From positions 4,108 to 68,107 of the forward strand of contig CBDUQS010000001.1 of the NCBI GenBank assembly GCA_965369815.1: a stretch of DNA of 64,000 nt, written 5' to 3'. Under the pieces are notes generated by a model. It had not been told where the DNA came from, ran no database searches, and saw only the letters and a program-made list of their open reading frames with translations. A program made the position numbers and the translations under genes. Shown here in pieces: positions 8,459-16,874 of the stretch; the stretch's first letter is position 1, and every line of letters begins with the position of its first letter. The stretch is from an uncultured bacterium. GTDB taxonomy: Bacteria > Patescibacteriota > Gracilibacteria > UM-FILTER-43-11.

Positions 8459-9142
8459 TTAAGCAACAGGGGGAGTTTGAGGCGTTTCTGATGCAGGTGC
8501 AGGTTCAGCAGGAGCTTCCGCTACAGGTGCTTCAGGAGCAGGTGCAGGTTCAGCAGGAGCTTCCGCTATAGGTGCTTCAGGAGCAGGTGCAGGTGCAGGT
8601 TCAGCAGGAGCTTCCGCTACAGGTGCTTCAGGTGCAGGTGCAGGTTCAGCAGGAGCTTCCGCTACAGGAGCTTCCGCTACAGGTGCCACTTCAGCTACAG
8701 GCTCAGGACTCACAGCAGGCTCAGCAGGAGCAGGAGTAGGTGCCGCTTGTGTTGTTGGAGTTACTGGTGCCGCAGAAACACTATTGCCAAGGGCTAATTT
8801 TGCTTCCTCAAGGCTGTCATGAATATTAATAATTTGAGTAATTCCTACTACTTTTAAAATATCAAGAATATTGGCACGGGGACGAGCGATTACCACTTGC
8901 CCTCCTTTTCCTGCAACACGAGAATACCAATCGGTTACATATCCAATTGATTTTGAATTCATGTAGGCTAGTTCAGAAAAATCCAAAAGTAGATAAGGGG
9001 TTTCGCTCCCATCAATCACTTCATAGATTTTTTTAGCCTCTTCATCCACATTGGTTTCATCCAACTGGCCCACAAAACCGATCACCTTAATAGGTTTTCC
9101 GTTTGCATCTTCGTCCTGAATAGTAATTTGAACTTCTGCCAT
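8459..9142 (-). CDS. STAS-domain protein (anti-sigma-factor antagonist-like) with long Pro/Ala-rich repetitive C-terminal tail
   Basis: The N-terminal ~115 aa are STAS-like (LLLDFSELAYMNSKSIGYV). The C-terminus is (APVAEAPAEPAPAPE)n. Confidence 0.8.
   Translation of the reverse strand: MAEVQITIQDEDANGKPIKVIGFVGQLDETNVDEEAKKIYEVIDGSETPYLLLDFSELAYMNSKSIGYVTDWYSRVAGKGGQVVIARPRANILDILKVVGITQIINIHDSLEEAKLALGNSVSAAPVTPTTQAAPTPAPAEPAVSPEPVAEVAPVAEAPVAEAPAEPAPAPEAPVAEAPAEPAPAPAPEAPIAEAPAEPAPAPEAPVAEAPAEPAPASETPQTPPVA
8490..8690 (-). repeat. in-frame tandem repeat (about 48-54 bp units, ~4 copies) encoding the PAPAPE tail
   Basis: gcaggtgcaggttcagcaggagcttccgctacaggtgcttcagga is reiterated with small indels. 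Confidence 0.85.
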
Positions 9143-9199
9143 TTTTCTTTTGTTTTAAGTGTTATAAGTTGTAAATTGATTCAAAGATCTAAGATCTAA

Positions 9200-9223
9200 G
9201 ACCTGCCTGCCGGCAGGCAGGTC
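9200..9223. repeat. perfect 24-nt GC-rich palindrome between the kinase and STAS genes
   Basis: gacctgcctgccggcaggcaggtc equals its own reverse complement. It is preceded by the tandem agatctaagatctaaga. Confidence 0.9.
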
Positions 9224-9230
9224 AGAAATA

Positions 9231-9815
9231 TTAAAGTTGCTCTCCTTCCTCTAAATACTTTACCACATGAACTGTTAGACCACCTTGTTCATTGTCTTTG
9301 AATTCAAGTACATCTGTCCAGTTGGCCACAATTTGAGGAAGGCCACGACCACGAATAGAAGTCATTTGAGTGGGATCCATATTTTTCCTCTCCTCAATAA
9401 GGGCAGTCATTTCTTGGGCTGATTTTTTACTAGGTCCTGTTCCGGTATCTTCAGCAAAAATTTCAATACTTTTACCTTTTTGGCTTACAAAGGTGATCTT
9501 TACATCCTTCCCAGCAGCAGAGCCAAATTCAATCGCATTATTAACTAATTCATCAACCACTGATTGAAAACGGAAAGCCCATTGCTCAGAGAATCCTGTC
9601 ATATTTCGAACCACATTCATCGTAAAATCACGAAGCCCTGATATAAAGTAGGCATTCGTTGGAATAATGATAGCAATTTTTATAGGAACCTCTCCCTCGG
9701 AATTAGCCTTATTAATCACACTTTGTTCCTCCGGATGTGTTGGATCAGGAGTCGGTGCACTAACGGGAGCAGGAGCAGGAGGGGTTGCCTGTGGGGTAGT
9801 ATTATCTCCATCCAT
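9231..9815 (-). CDS. anti-sigma regulatory factor-type Ser/Thr kinase (HATPase_c, RsbW/SpoIIAB-like) with Pro-rich N-terminus
   Basis: N-box ELVNNAIEFG, G1 box EDTGTG and a GRGL motif. It is adjacent to the STAS gene. Confidence 0.75.
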   Translation of the reverse strand: MDGDNTTPQATPPAPAPVSAPTPDPTHPEEQSVINKANSEGEVPIKIAIIIPTNAYFISGLRDFTMNVVRNMTGFSEQWAFRFQSVVDELVNNAIEFGSAAGKDVKITFVSQKGKSIEIFAEDTGTGPSKKSAQEMTALIEERKNMDPTQMTSIRGRGLPQIVANWTDVLEFKDNEQGGLTVHVVKYLEEGEQL

Positions 9816-9909
9816 AATTAAATGTTTTTTTAACCTTTCTATTTATTTTATCATTTTTTCCCCAAAATATCAAGGGGTTTCACTGGTTTTTAGTGCTTTT
9901 AGCCAACGT

Positions 9910-10893
9910 TTATTCAGATTCCAAAACGCCTCCAGATATTAAACGTAAATCTTCGGGCGGCCAAAGAACAATTAAAACACGTCCACTAATGTTTTCCTCA
10001 CTAATGTAAGGAGTGTAGTTCTCGTCAATCGGTGAGAACCAATGTCGGGAGTCATTGCTGTGATTGCGGTTGTCTCCTAATGCAAAATAATACCCTTCAG
10101 GAATCTTGAACTCATCCTCTCCAGGAGTTTTTTTGAAATAAGTATGAAATTTATTTTCTTCATTTAAGTAATTCTCATCTAACTCCACAAATTCATCACC
10201 TTCAAGTGCTTTTAAATAAGTTCGTCCATTTTCTATTCGAATAATATCTCCAGGGATCCCAATAATTCTTTTAACAAAATATTCTGGCCCCGTTGAATTA
10301 TAGATTCGTATCGAATAGCTTTCGTTAGGGCGACCTTGAATCGCAATAGCCTCCTGATCAACCTCATCGTTACTAACTAATTTTTTAGTAGAATGATTCC
10401 AGCTTAAATCCGCAGAGCTTCCATTGTCTTTCTGACCGCTGGACTGAAAATAGATCAAATCATTCTCGCGAACCCTATCTTGGCAAAACCATAGGCGTCG
10501 TACGAGTTCATTTTGGCAGTAAAATACTTTTTTATTCGCTTTTAGATCGCTAATATCAAGCATTCCCAATCCTTGATCGTCGGTAATAACCGTTTCATCG
10601 AATTTATAGGAATATTTGTTGGTAATAGGGGGGAGAAAGACAATAGGGTCCCCACGGTTAGGCTCGCCAAGATGATAACTAAGTTTATCGATTAAAATAA
10701 ATTCATTATTATGAAGTGTGTCAGCCATAGAAGAGCCAATCACTCGAAACGGAGATATGAGGAAAGTGCGAATCAGAACAACTAAAACAATAATAACAAC
10801 CGCATTGTAAAGAATATCGGCCAAAAAAAGACCGAATTCCTTCAACGGGCGCTTGAAATAATTTTTATGATTTGGCTTTTTATGCAGTTTCAT
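9910..10893 (-). CDS. lepB: signal peptidase I
   Basis: GSSMADTL (catalytic Ser box) and GDNRNHSNDSRHW boxes. N-terminal TM segment. Confidence 0.92.
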   Translation of the reverse strand: MKLHKKPNHKNYFKRPLKEFGLFLADILYNAVVIIVLVVLIRTFLISPFRVIGSSMADTLHNNEFILIDKLSYHLGEPNRGDPIVFLPPITNKYSYKFDETVITDDQGLGMLDISDLKANKKVFYCQNELVRRLWFCQDRVRENDLIYFQSSGQKDNGSSADLSWNHSTKKLVSNDEVDQEAIAIQGRPNESYSIRIYNSTGPEYFVKRIIGIPGDIIRIENGRTYLKALEGDEFVELDENYLNEENKFHTYFKKTPGEDEFKIPEGYYFALGDNRNHSNDSRHWFSPIDENYTPYISEENISGRVLIVLWPPEDLRLISGGVLESE

Positions 10894-10983
10894 ACAGGGA
10901 AATTAACGCCCATAAAGATTAAAGGGATTTTAAGTTATTTACAAGGTTTTTCATTTTTGCAATAATGGTAGCGATAAAAATAA

Positions 10984-11041
10984 AAAAAATACCATTGGAT
11001 AATCTGTAAAATCTTTTAATCAGGTTAATCAGTGGTCGAAA
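10984..11041 (+). promoter_or_regulatory. copy 1 of a ~58-bp duplicated upstream element
   Basis: aaaaaataccattggataatctgtaaaatcttttaatcaggttaatcagtggtcgaaaa is ~85% identical to 11662-11721. It contains the direct repeat ttaatcag-g-ttaatcag. Confidence 0.7.
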
Positions 11042-11047
11042 ATAAAA

Positions 11048-11623
11048 ATGATCGTCGATAAAATTATATTTGCAAAACATCTTGAGAAAGGAGAAAAGAT
11101 CCTCTATTCAGTGCATAAGCATTGGATTGAAATGATGAAATCTGGAATAGAGGTGGGGTTTTTCGGACTTCTCCTTCCATGGACACTGTATTCAATTGGG
11201 TTTAATACTGAGTTATTCTTTTGGGTGGCGGTGTTTTGGTCTATCTTTGCTTACATTCGTTTTATATACATATTGATCGATTGGTATTCAGATACGTGGC
11301 TGATCACCACAATGAGTATTATTACTATTGAGTGGAAAGGGATTTTTAGTAACAATGCCGCTCGTCTTGGCTATGAAGATGTGGAGGGGGCAGCCTATGA
11401 GATTCAGGGGTTTTGGGGAACAATTTTGCGTTACGGGCACATGACACTTCGAGTAATGTCGGGATCTCATGCACAACTTAAAAACGTCGCCAATCCAAAA
11501 AAAGCAGAATTGGCGATCGCCCGCTTCCAAGATCAGTTCTTAAATGATCGAAACATGCAAGACACTGATAGTTTAAAGGCCCTTCTTTCTAGTTTAGTCG
11601 CTCATCATAACCGAAATAAATAA
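11048..11623 (+). CDS. membrane protein with bacterial PH (bPH_2/YdbT-like) domain
   Basis: Two predicted TM helices followed by a soluble domain resembling membrane-flanked PH domains. Assigned by eye. Confidence 0.6.
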   Translation: MIVDKIIFAKHLEKGEKILYSVHKHWIEMMKSGIEVGFFGLLLPWTLYSIGFNTELFFWVAVFWSIFAYIRFIYILIDWYSDTWLITTMSIITIEWKGIFSNNAARLGYEDVEGAAYEIQGFWGTILRYGHMTLRVMSGSHAQLKNVANPKKAELAIARFQDQFLNDRNMQDTDSLKALLSSLVAHHNRNK

Positions 11624-11661
11624 ATCGCCCAGTGGCAGCGATATCCAATGCCTCTAAAAAC

Positions 11662-11721
11662 AAAAAAATACCATTGAATAATCTGTGTAACCCTTGAAAT
11701 CAGCTTAATCAGTGGTCAAAA
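11662..11721 (+). promoter_or_regulatory. copy 2 of the duplicated upstream element
   Basis: aaaaaataccattgaataatctgtgtaacccttgaaatcagcttaatcagtggtcaaaaa. Confidence 0.7.
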
Positions 11722-11746
11722 ACAAAAACAAAAATACAATTCAAAT

Positions 11747-12151
11747 ATGAAAATTTTCCTAATTATTGTGACAGCATTTGTCGCAATTGATGTCCTGATT
11801 GTCTCTTATGTCATCTGGCGTCGATCACGAAAAAAAATCCCAGAAAAAGATCTCCAGCACGTTCAAAAGACATGGAAGGCGATCATTCGTCAAAAAGATA
11901 AAAAGCACGCTATTTTAGATGCAGATAAGTTGCTGGATCACGCCCTTTATTTGCATGGATACAGGGGGAACTTAGGGGGGAAATTAAAAAAAGCCGCCCC
12001 ACTTTTCAAAAATATTAATAAGGTGTGGGCCGCCCATAAAATACGGAACAATATTGCCCATCAAATCAATTACGATGTAGATGAAAAAACTTACCGAAAT
12101 GCAATGATAACTTTCAAGCAGGCTTTTCGTGATTTAAAAATGTTCAAATAG
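11747..12151 (+). CDS. small membrane-anchored protein with HEPN-like Rx4H motif
   Basis: N-terminal TM helix (IFLIIVTAFVAIDVLIVSYVIW) and C-terminal AAHKIRNNIAHQINYD (R-NNIA-H). Confidence 0.6.
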   Translation: MKIFLIIVTAFVAIDVLIVSYVIWRRSRKKIPEKDLQHVQKTWKAIIRQKDKKHAILDADKLLDHALYLHGYRGNLGGKLKKAAPLFKNINKVWAAHKIRNNIAHQINYDVDEKTYRNAMITFKQAFRDLKMFK

Positions 12152-12155
12152 ATTT

Positions 12156-12752
12156 ATGATTCTTGGTATTACTGGTATTAGCGGCTCAGGAAAACACACA
12201 GTAGCTCAAGTCCTCAAAAAAAGAGGGTGGGTCGTTTTGGATGCTGATAAAATGGCTCATAATTCTTATCGACCTTACACGAGCGTTTGGAAGGGGATTG
12301 TAAAAGAGTTTGGAGAGGAAATTTTAAACGAGAATGACACGATTAACCGTGTTAAGTTAGGTAAAATTGTATTCAATGCAGCAGATCCAGAAGGGGCAAA
12401 AATCGCTCTGGAAAAACTCAATAAAATCACCCATCCTTACGTAAAGCGAAAGATAAAAGACACCATTCATCGCCATTTCAGGCGAGGTTCTAATATCGCC
12501 GTGGTAGTTGCTCTTTGGAGAGAGTCAGGGATCGAGGCTTGTTGTGAGAAAATGCTGCTAATTAAGGCAAAATCAGAACTTAGAATGTATCGAACACAAA
12601 AGCGTGATGGAATTTCAGAGGAAACTTATCACATGCGAATTAAGAGTCAGACGGAGCCAAAAGATCCGAATTTTACCATTGAAAATAATAAGGGTATGAA
12701 AGAATTGACGCAGGCTGTTAACAAGCTTGCAGAAAAGTTAGAAGGAAAATAG
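12156..12752 (+). CDS. coaE: dephospho-CoA kinase
   Basis: ILGITGISGSGKHTVAQVL P-loop at the N-terminus. 198 aa, a typical size. Confidence 0.88.
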   Translation: MILGITGISGSGKHTVAQVLKKRGWVVLDADKMAHNSYRPYTSVWKGIVKEFGEEILNENDTINRVKLGKIVFNAADPEGAKIALEKLNKITHPYVKRKIKDTIHRHFRRGSNIAVVVALWRESGIEACCEKMLLIKAKSELRMYRTQKRDGISEETYHMRIKSQTEPKDPNFTIENNKGMKELTQAVNKLAEKLEGK

Positions 12753-12781
12753 TTGACAAAAAGCGTAAAAATCATTATGAT
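12753..12781 (+). promoter_or_regulatory. sigma70-type promoter (TTGACA-17-TATGAT)
   Basis: ttgaca at 12753-12758 and tatgat at 12776-12781, upstream of the 1348-aa gene. Confidence 0.55.
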
Positions 12782-12808
12782 AATCACCTTTTTGTTAACC
12801 CCCTCCGT

Positions 12809-15800
12809 ATGTCGAGCAAGAAAAGTCCAAATTCTTCACCCTCTTTTGGGAGAGCTGATGTACCTGAACCACAATTAGTTCAAAGAATTAAAAAGCCTTT
12901 GAAAGAAATGGATCAGAGGGAGTTGAATAAGCTTATTGCTGCGCTAGAGAACGTGCTTAAATTGCATAAGGGGTCTGGTCGTCATGTGATTCAAAATGAT
13001 TTAGATAAAGTTAAAAAGTATTATCAAGATCGATTTGGTGAGGAGGATGAAGACGGGACTCTAGTATCATCTGGAGATTCTTTAGACGATGCTTTCGCAA
13101 ATTTGGGCAATTTAAACCTTGAAGGGGGCTTAGACTCCATTTTTCAAGATACAGATCCAGACTTACCTGCTATGCCAGGTCAGGGCGGAGGTGAAGAAAT
13201 AAAGTTTGAGCTTGATGCCAGTGGAGATATTTTTGGAAATTCGATGGAAGTCAATCCACCCCCCATTCCAAAGGATGCTTTGGATTACGATGAAATTGTG
13301 AATTATGGGGGGAAAGATAAAAGAATAGGGGAGTTGGATGAAGACGTTATTTATGCCCTTGAGGATTTAGAAAAAAATCGAGCCTCAATAGATAAGGATG
13401 ATCCAGATTCATATGCCTTTTTTAGACATTTGATATTAAATGGGGGTACGCTTTCGGTACCTGAAGATAAAAGAGAGGAAGAAGAAAAAAAGAAAAAAAG
13501 TAAAATAGAGCTTGATATGGAGGCAGAGCAAGAGAAGGATGAAAAGAATAAAAAAGCTCTCTGTTTAAACTATTTTTTAAAGCCTGTAAAAATTACCCCC
13601 TCAGAAGATCCTAAAGAAGATGAAGAAAAGGGAAAAAGGAGTTTAAGGGCGAAAATTGTGGCCTTTCAGGATATTCTTCAGGAGGGGGAAGCGGAGTCGA
13701 TAGGGCCTTTTGATCTACTAAAAGAGGGTGAGAAGGTATGGATTGTACTAAAGGAAGGCAGGGGGATTGAGCTAAAAGAGGCTCATGTTCCTTTTTGGAT
13801 TAAATTAATAGAAAAAGTTACAAAAGAAGGTTCGCTTAGAACCGAGGAGGAAATTCACATGGCTGGCGGTAAGAATATACTGCCGGAAATCAAAAAATTG
13901 CCTAAATCAGATGGAGTGTTGGCAAAAGGTGGTGTTTCGGAGGTTTCTCGACGAATCACTCAGGAAATTGAAACCAGCGAAGCCTTGGTTCTGCAAAAAG
14001 AAATACAAGAAAAAGAGGCTTATGAAATGAGATTAAAAGAAACAAAAGAGGCAGTTGAGATGGGTGGATTTCAAATCCCTCACTTACAAGCTTTCATCGA
14101 TTTAGGGGGAAAAATAGGAGAAGAGGATCAATTTGGAATGAGATGGGTGGAATATAAGGGAAAGTTCAATTTTATCGATCGAAACAATATGTCAGTTCAT
14201 GCTTCGAACTTTGATGACTGGCTTGATGAGATTGGAGAATTCAAGCTTCAGGCATTGAATACAGGTTTAAATTTAAAAAGTGTTACTGCTCTCGTTAAGC
14301 ATCAGGGGGAATTTAAATTTTTAGAAAGCGATGGAACCTTATATGGATTAGATGAGCAAAAAATACTCATTGAGGACACTAGTGTGTTTGATGAGGTTGG
14401 CTTGGAGGATCAGTACGGATTAAGATGGGTAAAATGGAATGGCCTTTATAATTTTATCGATTCAAAAAATAGAATTTTAAGTTCGGAGAAATGGTTCAGT
14501 GAGGTGAATCCTTTTAGATCTGTTGTAATCCCAGGATTAGAGGAGTCAGAATCAAAAATGCCAATTTCTCTGGTTAAGATGGATGGTGAAATGCACTTCT
14601 TTATTCCGTCAGGAAGGCTTCATACTCCTTCATTCGACGAGCTTGAAGAATACTTTAAATCAGGAGGAGTTGAAGAAAATGCTTGGAGCGATATTGAAGT
14701 TAGCTTTCCTGACGTCGAGCCTCCTCAAATGGTTTACCTGGACAGCTTTAGCAGACGTCTAAAGGCACTTTCAAAACGATATCAAGGTGATTTAAAGCGA
14801 GCTGAGGCATTTGCTAAATTGGCTGATGATATCGGTAGTCTAGAGGGGCATCAGGATGCACGGCCGGATTGGGGAATCGCACTTTTGATTATTAAGGAAA
14901 AAATTCAAGATTCAACCCTTCCTGGTTACGATAAAAGACATTTCTTATTCGAACTCAATTCAGTGGCCATGGCTGCCAATGTTCAATCGGAAGAATTCAG
15001 TCCATCAGAAATCGATCGTTACAAATGGCAAGAGTGCGGAACATTCGATGGAGGAATGGTTGTTAATGTTGAAACTGAAGAGGGTATTCGATACACACTC
15101 ACTGATTTTGATGGTAAATTGCTTTATCCAGGAGGTAAGTTCTTTGAGTATATTGGACCTTTCACAGGAGATTTAGCAATCGTGAGAAAAAAAGGAAAAT
15201 ACAACTTTATAAAACGTCAGAATGGGGCATTGTTAGCAGAAGGAAGGTGGTTTGATGAAGCTCATGAGTTCCATGCAGGGTTATCACGTGTCCGCATAGG
15301 AGACCGTTGGAATTTTATGCATTCTGATGGGCATTTGATCAGTCAAAAGGGTTATGACAACGCAAAAGACTTCAATAATAAAACGGGGCAGGCAGAAGTA
15401 TACGTAAATGGAATGTGGATCAATATTGATCAGAATGGAACGAGCATGATGTCTGTAACAGCAAGAATGTTCTCCTTATTCAAAAAGAATAAGAGTTCAG
15501 GCAAGGGGCAATCAATGCTTAACTTAAGAGGTTCTGAAGACGAGGCTTTAGTGGAGAAAAAGGCATTATCATTAAATAAAAAAATCCATCAATCGTTCAA
15601 TGGGTCAGTTGAAGCGTTCCCAGATTGCACCTTTGAGATAATTCGTTTATTTACTTATTTTAGAGAAGAGTTAAATAAGGCTTCTCAAAAAGCAAAAGAC
15701 GAAGGATCGGTTAATATAATTGAGTTAAATCAATCTCTGACATCTTATTTAGATCGCACTAAATTGCCAGGGAAGCTCAAGAGCAAGTTGAGATATTTTA

Positions 15801-16855
15801 TTGCAAAGCTTGAAGGGGGAGATTTCTATGGGAGGAAAATAGAATCGTTTAAGGTGTCCTTTCTTTCGGTTTATAAAAAAGCTTTAAATGAAAATAGTGA
15901 AGAAGCTGGACTTCCAAGGTTGATTCGTCAAATGGAAGTTAAAATTGGAGATGCTTCTTACTCAAGTAAAGAAGAAATTTTTAAGATATTAATGGAGCTA
16001 CAAGGAATTATCCAAGGCTCTAATTTAAAAAAGAAGACAAAAGAAAGGGTGGAAAGTCTAATGTGGGTAATAATGAATAACGATGGGGTTCATTTCCAGA
16101 GAGGGGAGTCGATGATAAGCTATAAGCCAAAAATTAATAACCCAGAGGAGATTAGGAGAAAGGAAGAGCGACTAATTGGAAATCCGATAACTCGATTCAG
16201 AGAGGTCTGTGAGGCAGCGGAACAGGGAGACTGGCGCAAGGCTCGGACAATATATACTTCAATACCTTTAAATAATAAACTAGAGTATTTGAAGCTAGCT
16301 AATTTGCTGAATGAGTGCTTTAACCGCAGAGGAATGGAACTTGAGGCAAGTTCAAAAAATTCTAAGGGTCATTCATTCAAAACATACGACTTCTTCGAGT
16401 TGTATGAAATTCGTCTATTTATGCGAGCTGTTTATAAAGATGCTAGTGAGCTTGAACCTAGAAATGCTGATATTTACTTTAATTTAGGTTTGATCGAAGA
16501 AGATATTTCTAAGTTTGGGCTTGAATCAAGTCGTTTACAAAAGCTTTTTGCGACTCAGGATGGGCAAAAGCACGCAAAAAGATATTTAGAAAGAGCTGCT
16601 AAGCTAAACCCCTCTAGTTCAGAAATTAAGAGAGAAAAAAAGAGATTTACTCGCGTAATTTTTGGAAAACGCCTTAGGTTAGCTGCTTTAGTGGCACTAG
16701 GAGCTTCGGCAGCTGCTTTGGGTTCAACAGTTATTTACAATAATCGCGAAACCATTGCAGCAACTATATCTGAATTCAGAGATTCACTTAGCGATCCGAA
16801 CAAAAGTGAAGACCAGGCTCAAGATGGCTTACCCAAGACAGGGGATGAACAGTAA
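12809..16855 (+). CDS. giant WG-repeat / TPR protein with C-terminal TM segment
   Basis: Acidic disordered N-terminus. Several WG-containing beta repeats (WVEYKGKFNFIDRNN, WVKWNGLYNFIDSKN, GKYNFIKRQNG..GDRWNFMHSDG). TPR-like C-terminal region, then LRLAALVALGASAAALGSTVIY. Confidence 0.8.
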   Translation: MSSKKSPNSSPSFGRADVPEPQLVQRIKKPLKEMDQRELNKLIAALENVLKLHKGSGRHVIQNDLDKVKKYYQDRFGEEDEDGTLVSSGDSLDDAFANLGNLNLEGGLDSIFQDTDPDLPAMPGQGGGEEIKFELDASGDIFGNSMEVNPPPIPKDALDYDEIVNYGGKDKRIGELDEDVIYALEDLEKNRASIDKDDPDSYAFFRHLILNGGTLSVPEDKREEEEKKKKSKIELDMEAEQEKDEKNKKALCLNYFLKPVKITPSEDPKEDEEKGKRSLRAKIVAFQDILQEGEAESIGPFDLLKEGEKVWIVLKEGRGIELKEAHVPFWIKLIEKVTKEGSLRTEEEIHMAGGKNILPEIKKLPKSDGVLAKGGVSEVSRRITQEIETSEALVLQKEIQEKEAYEMRLKETKEAVEMGGFQIPHLQAFIDLGGKIGEEDQFGMRWVEYKGKFNFIDRNNMSVHASNFDDWLDEIGEFKLQALNTGLNLKSVTALVKHQGEFKFLESDGTLYGLDEQKILIEDTSVFDEVGLEDQYGLRWVKWNGLYNFIDSKNRILSSEKWFSEVNPFRSVVIPGLEESESKMPISLVKMDGEMHFFIPSGRLHTPSFDELEEYFKSGGVEENAWSDIEVSFPDVEPPQMVYLDSFSRRLKALSKRYQGDLKRAEAFAKLADDIGSLEGHQDARPDWGIALLIIKEKIQDSTLPGYDKRHFLFELNSVAMAANVQSEEFSPSEIDRYKWQECGTFDGGMVVNVETEEGIRYTLTDFDGKLLYPGGKFFEYIGPFTGDLAIVRKKGKYNFIKRQNGALLAEGRWFDEAHEFHAGLSRVRIGDRWNFMHSDGHLISQKGYDNAKDFNNKTGQAEVYVNGMWINIDQNGTSMMSVTARMFSLFKKNKSSGKGQSMLNLRGSEDEALVEKKALSLNKKIHQSFNGSVEAFPDCTFEIIRLFTYFREELNKASQKAKDEGSVNIIELNQSLTSYLDRTKLPGKLKSKLRYFIAKLEGGDFYGRKIESFKVSFLSVYKKALNENSEEAGLPRLIRQMEVKIGDASYSSKEEIFKILMELQGIIQGSNLKKKTKERVESLMWVIMNNDGVHFQRGESMISYKPKINNPEEIRRKEERLIGNPITRFREVCEAAEQGDWRKARTIYTSIPLNNKLEYLKLANLLNECFNRRGMELEASSKNSKGHSFKTYDFFELYEIRLFMRAVYKDASELEPRNADIYFNLGLIEEDISKFGLESSRLQKLFATQDGQKHAKRYLERAAKLNPSSSEIKREKKRFTRVIFGKRLRLAALVALGASAAALGSTVIYNNRETIAATISEFRDSLSDPNKSEDQAQDGLPKTGDEQ

Positions 16856-16874
16856 GATACCAACAATGTAAATT

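Noticed and set aside
8490-8690. A regularly spaced ~50-bp repeat that superficially resembles a CRISPR array.
   Set aside because: There are no unique spacers, the units are contiguous and in frame, and they encode the Pro/Ala-rich tail of the STAS protein. No cas genes are present.
16829-16843. LPKTG (a sortase-like LPxTG) at the extreme C-terminus of the 1348-aa protein.
   Set aside because: It is followed only by DEQ-stop. There is no downstream hydrophobic segment or positive tail; the TM segment lies upstream. It is not a canonical sorting signal and is likely coincidental.
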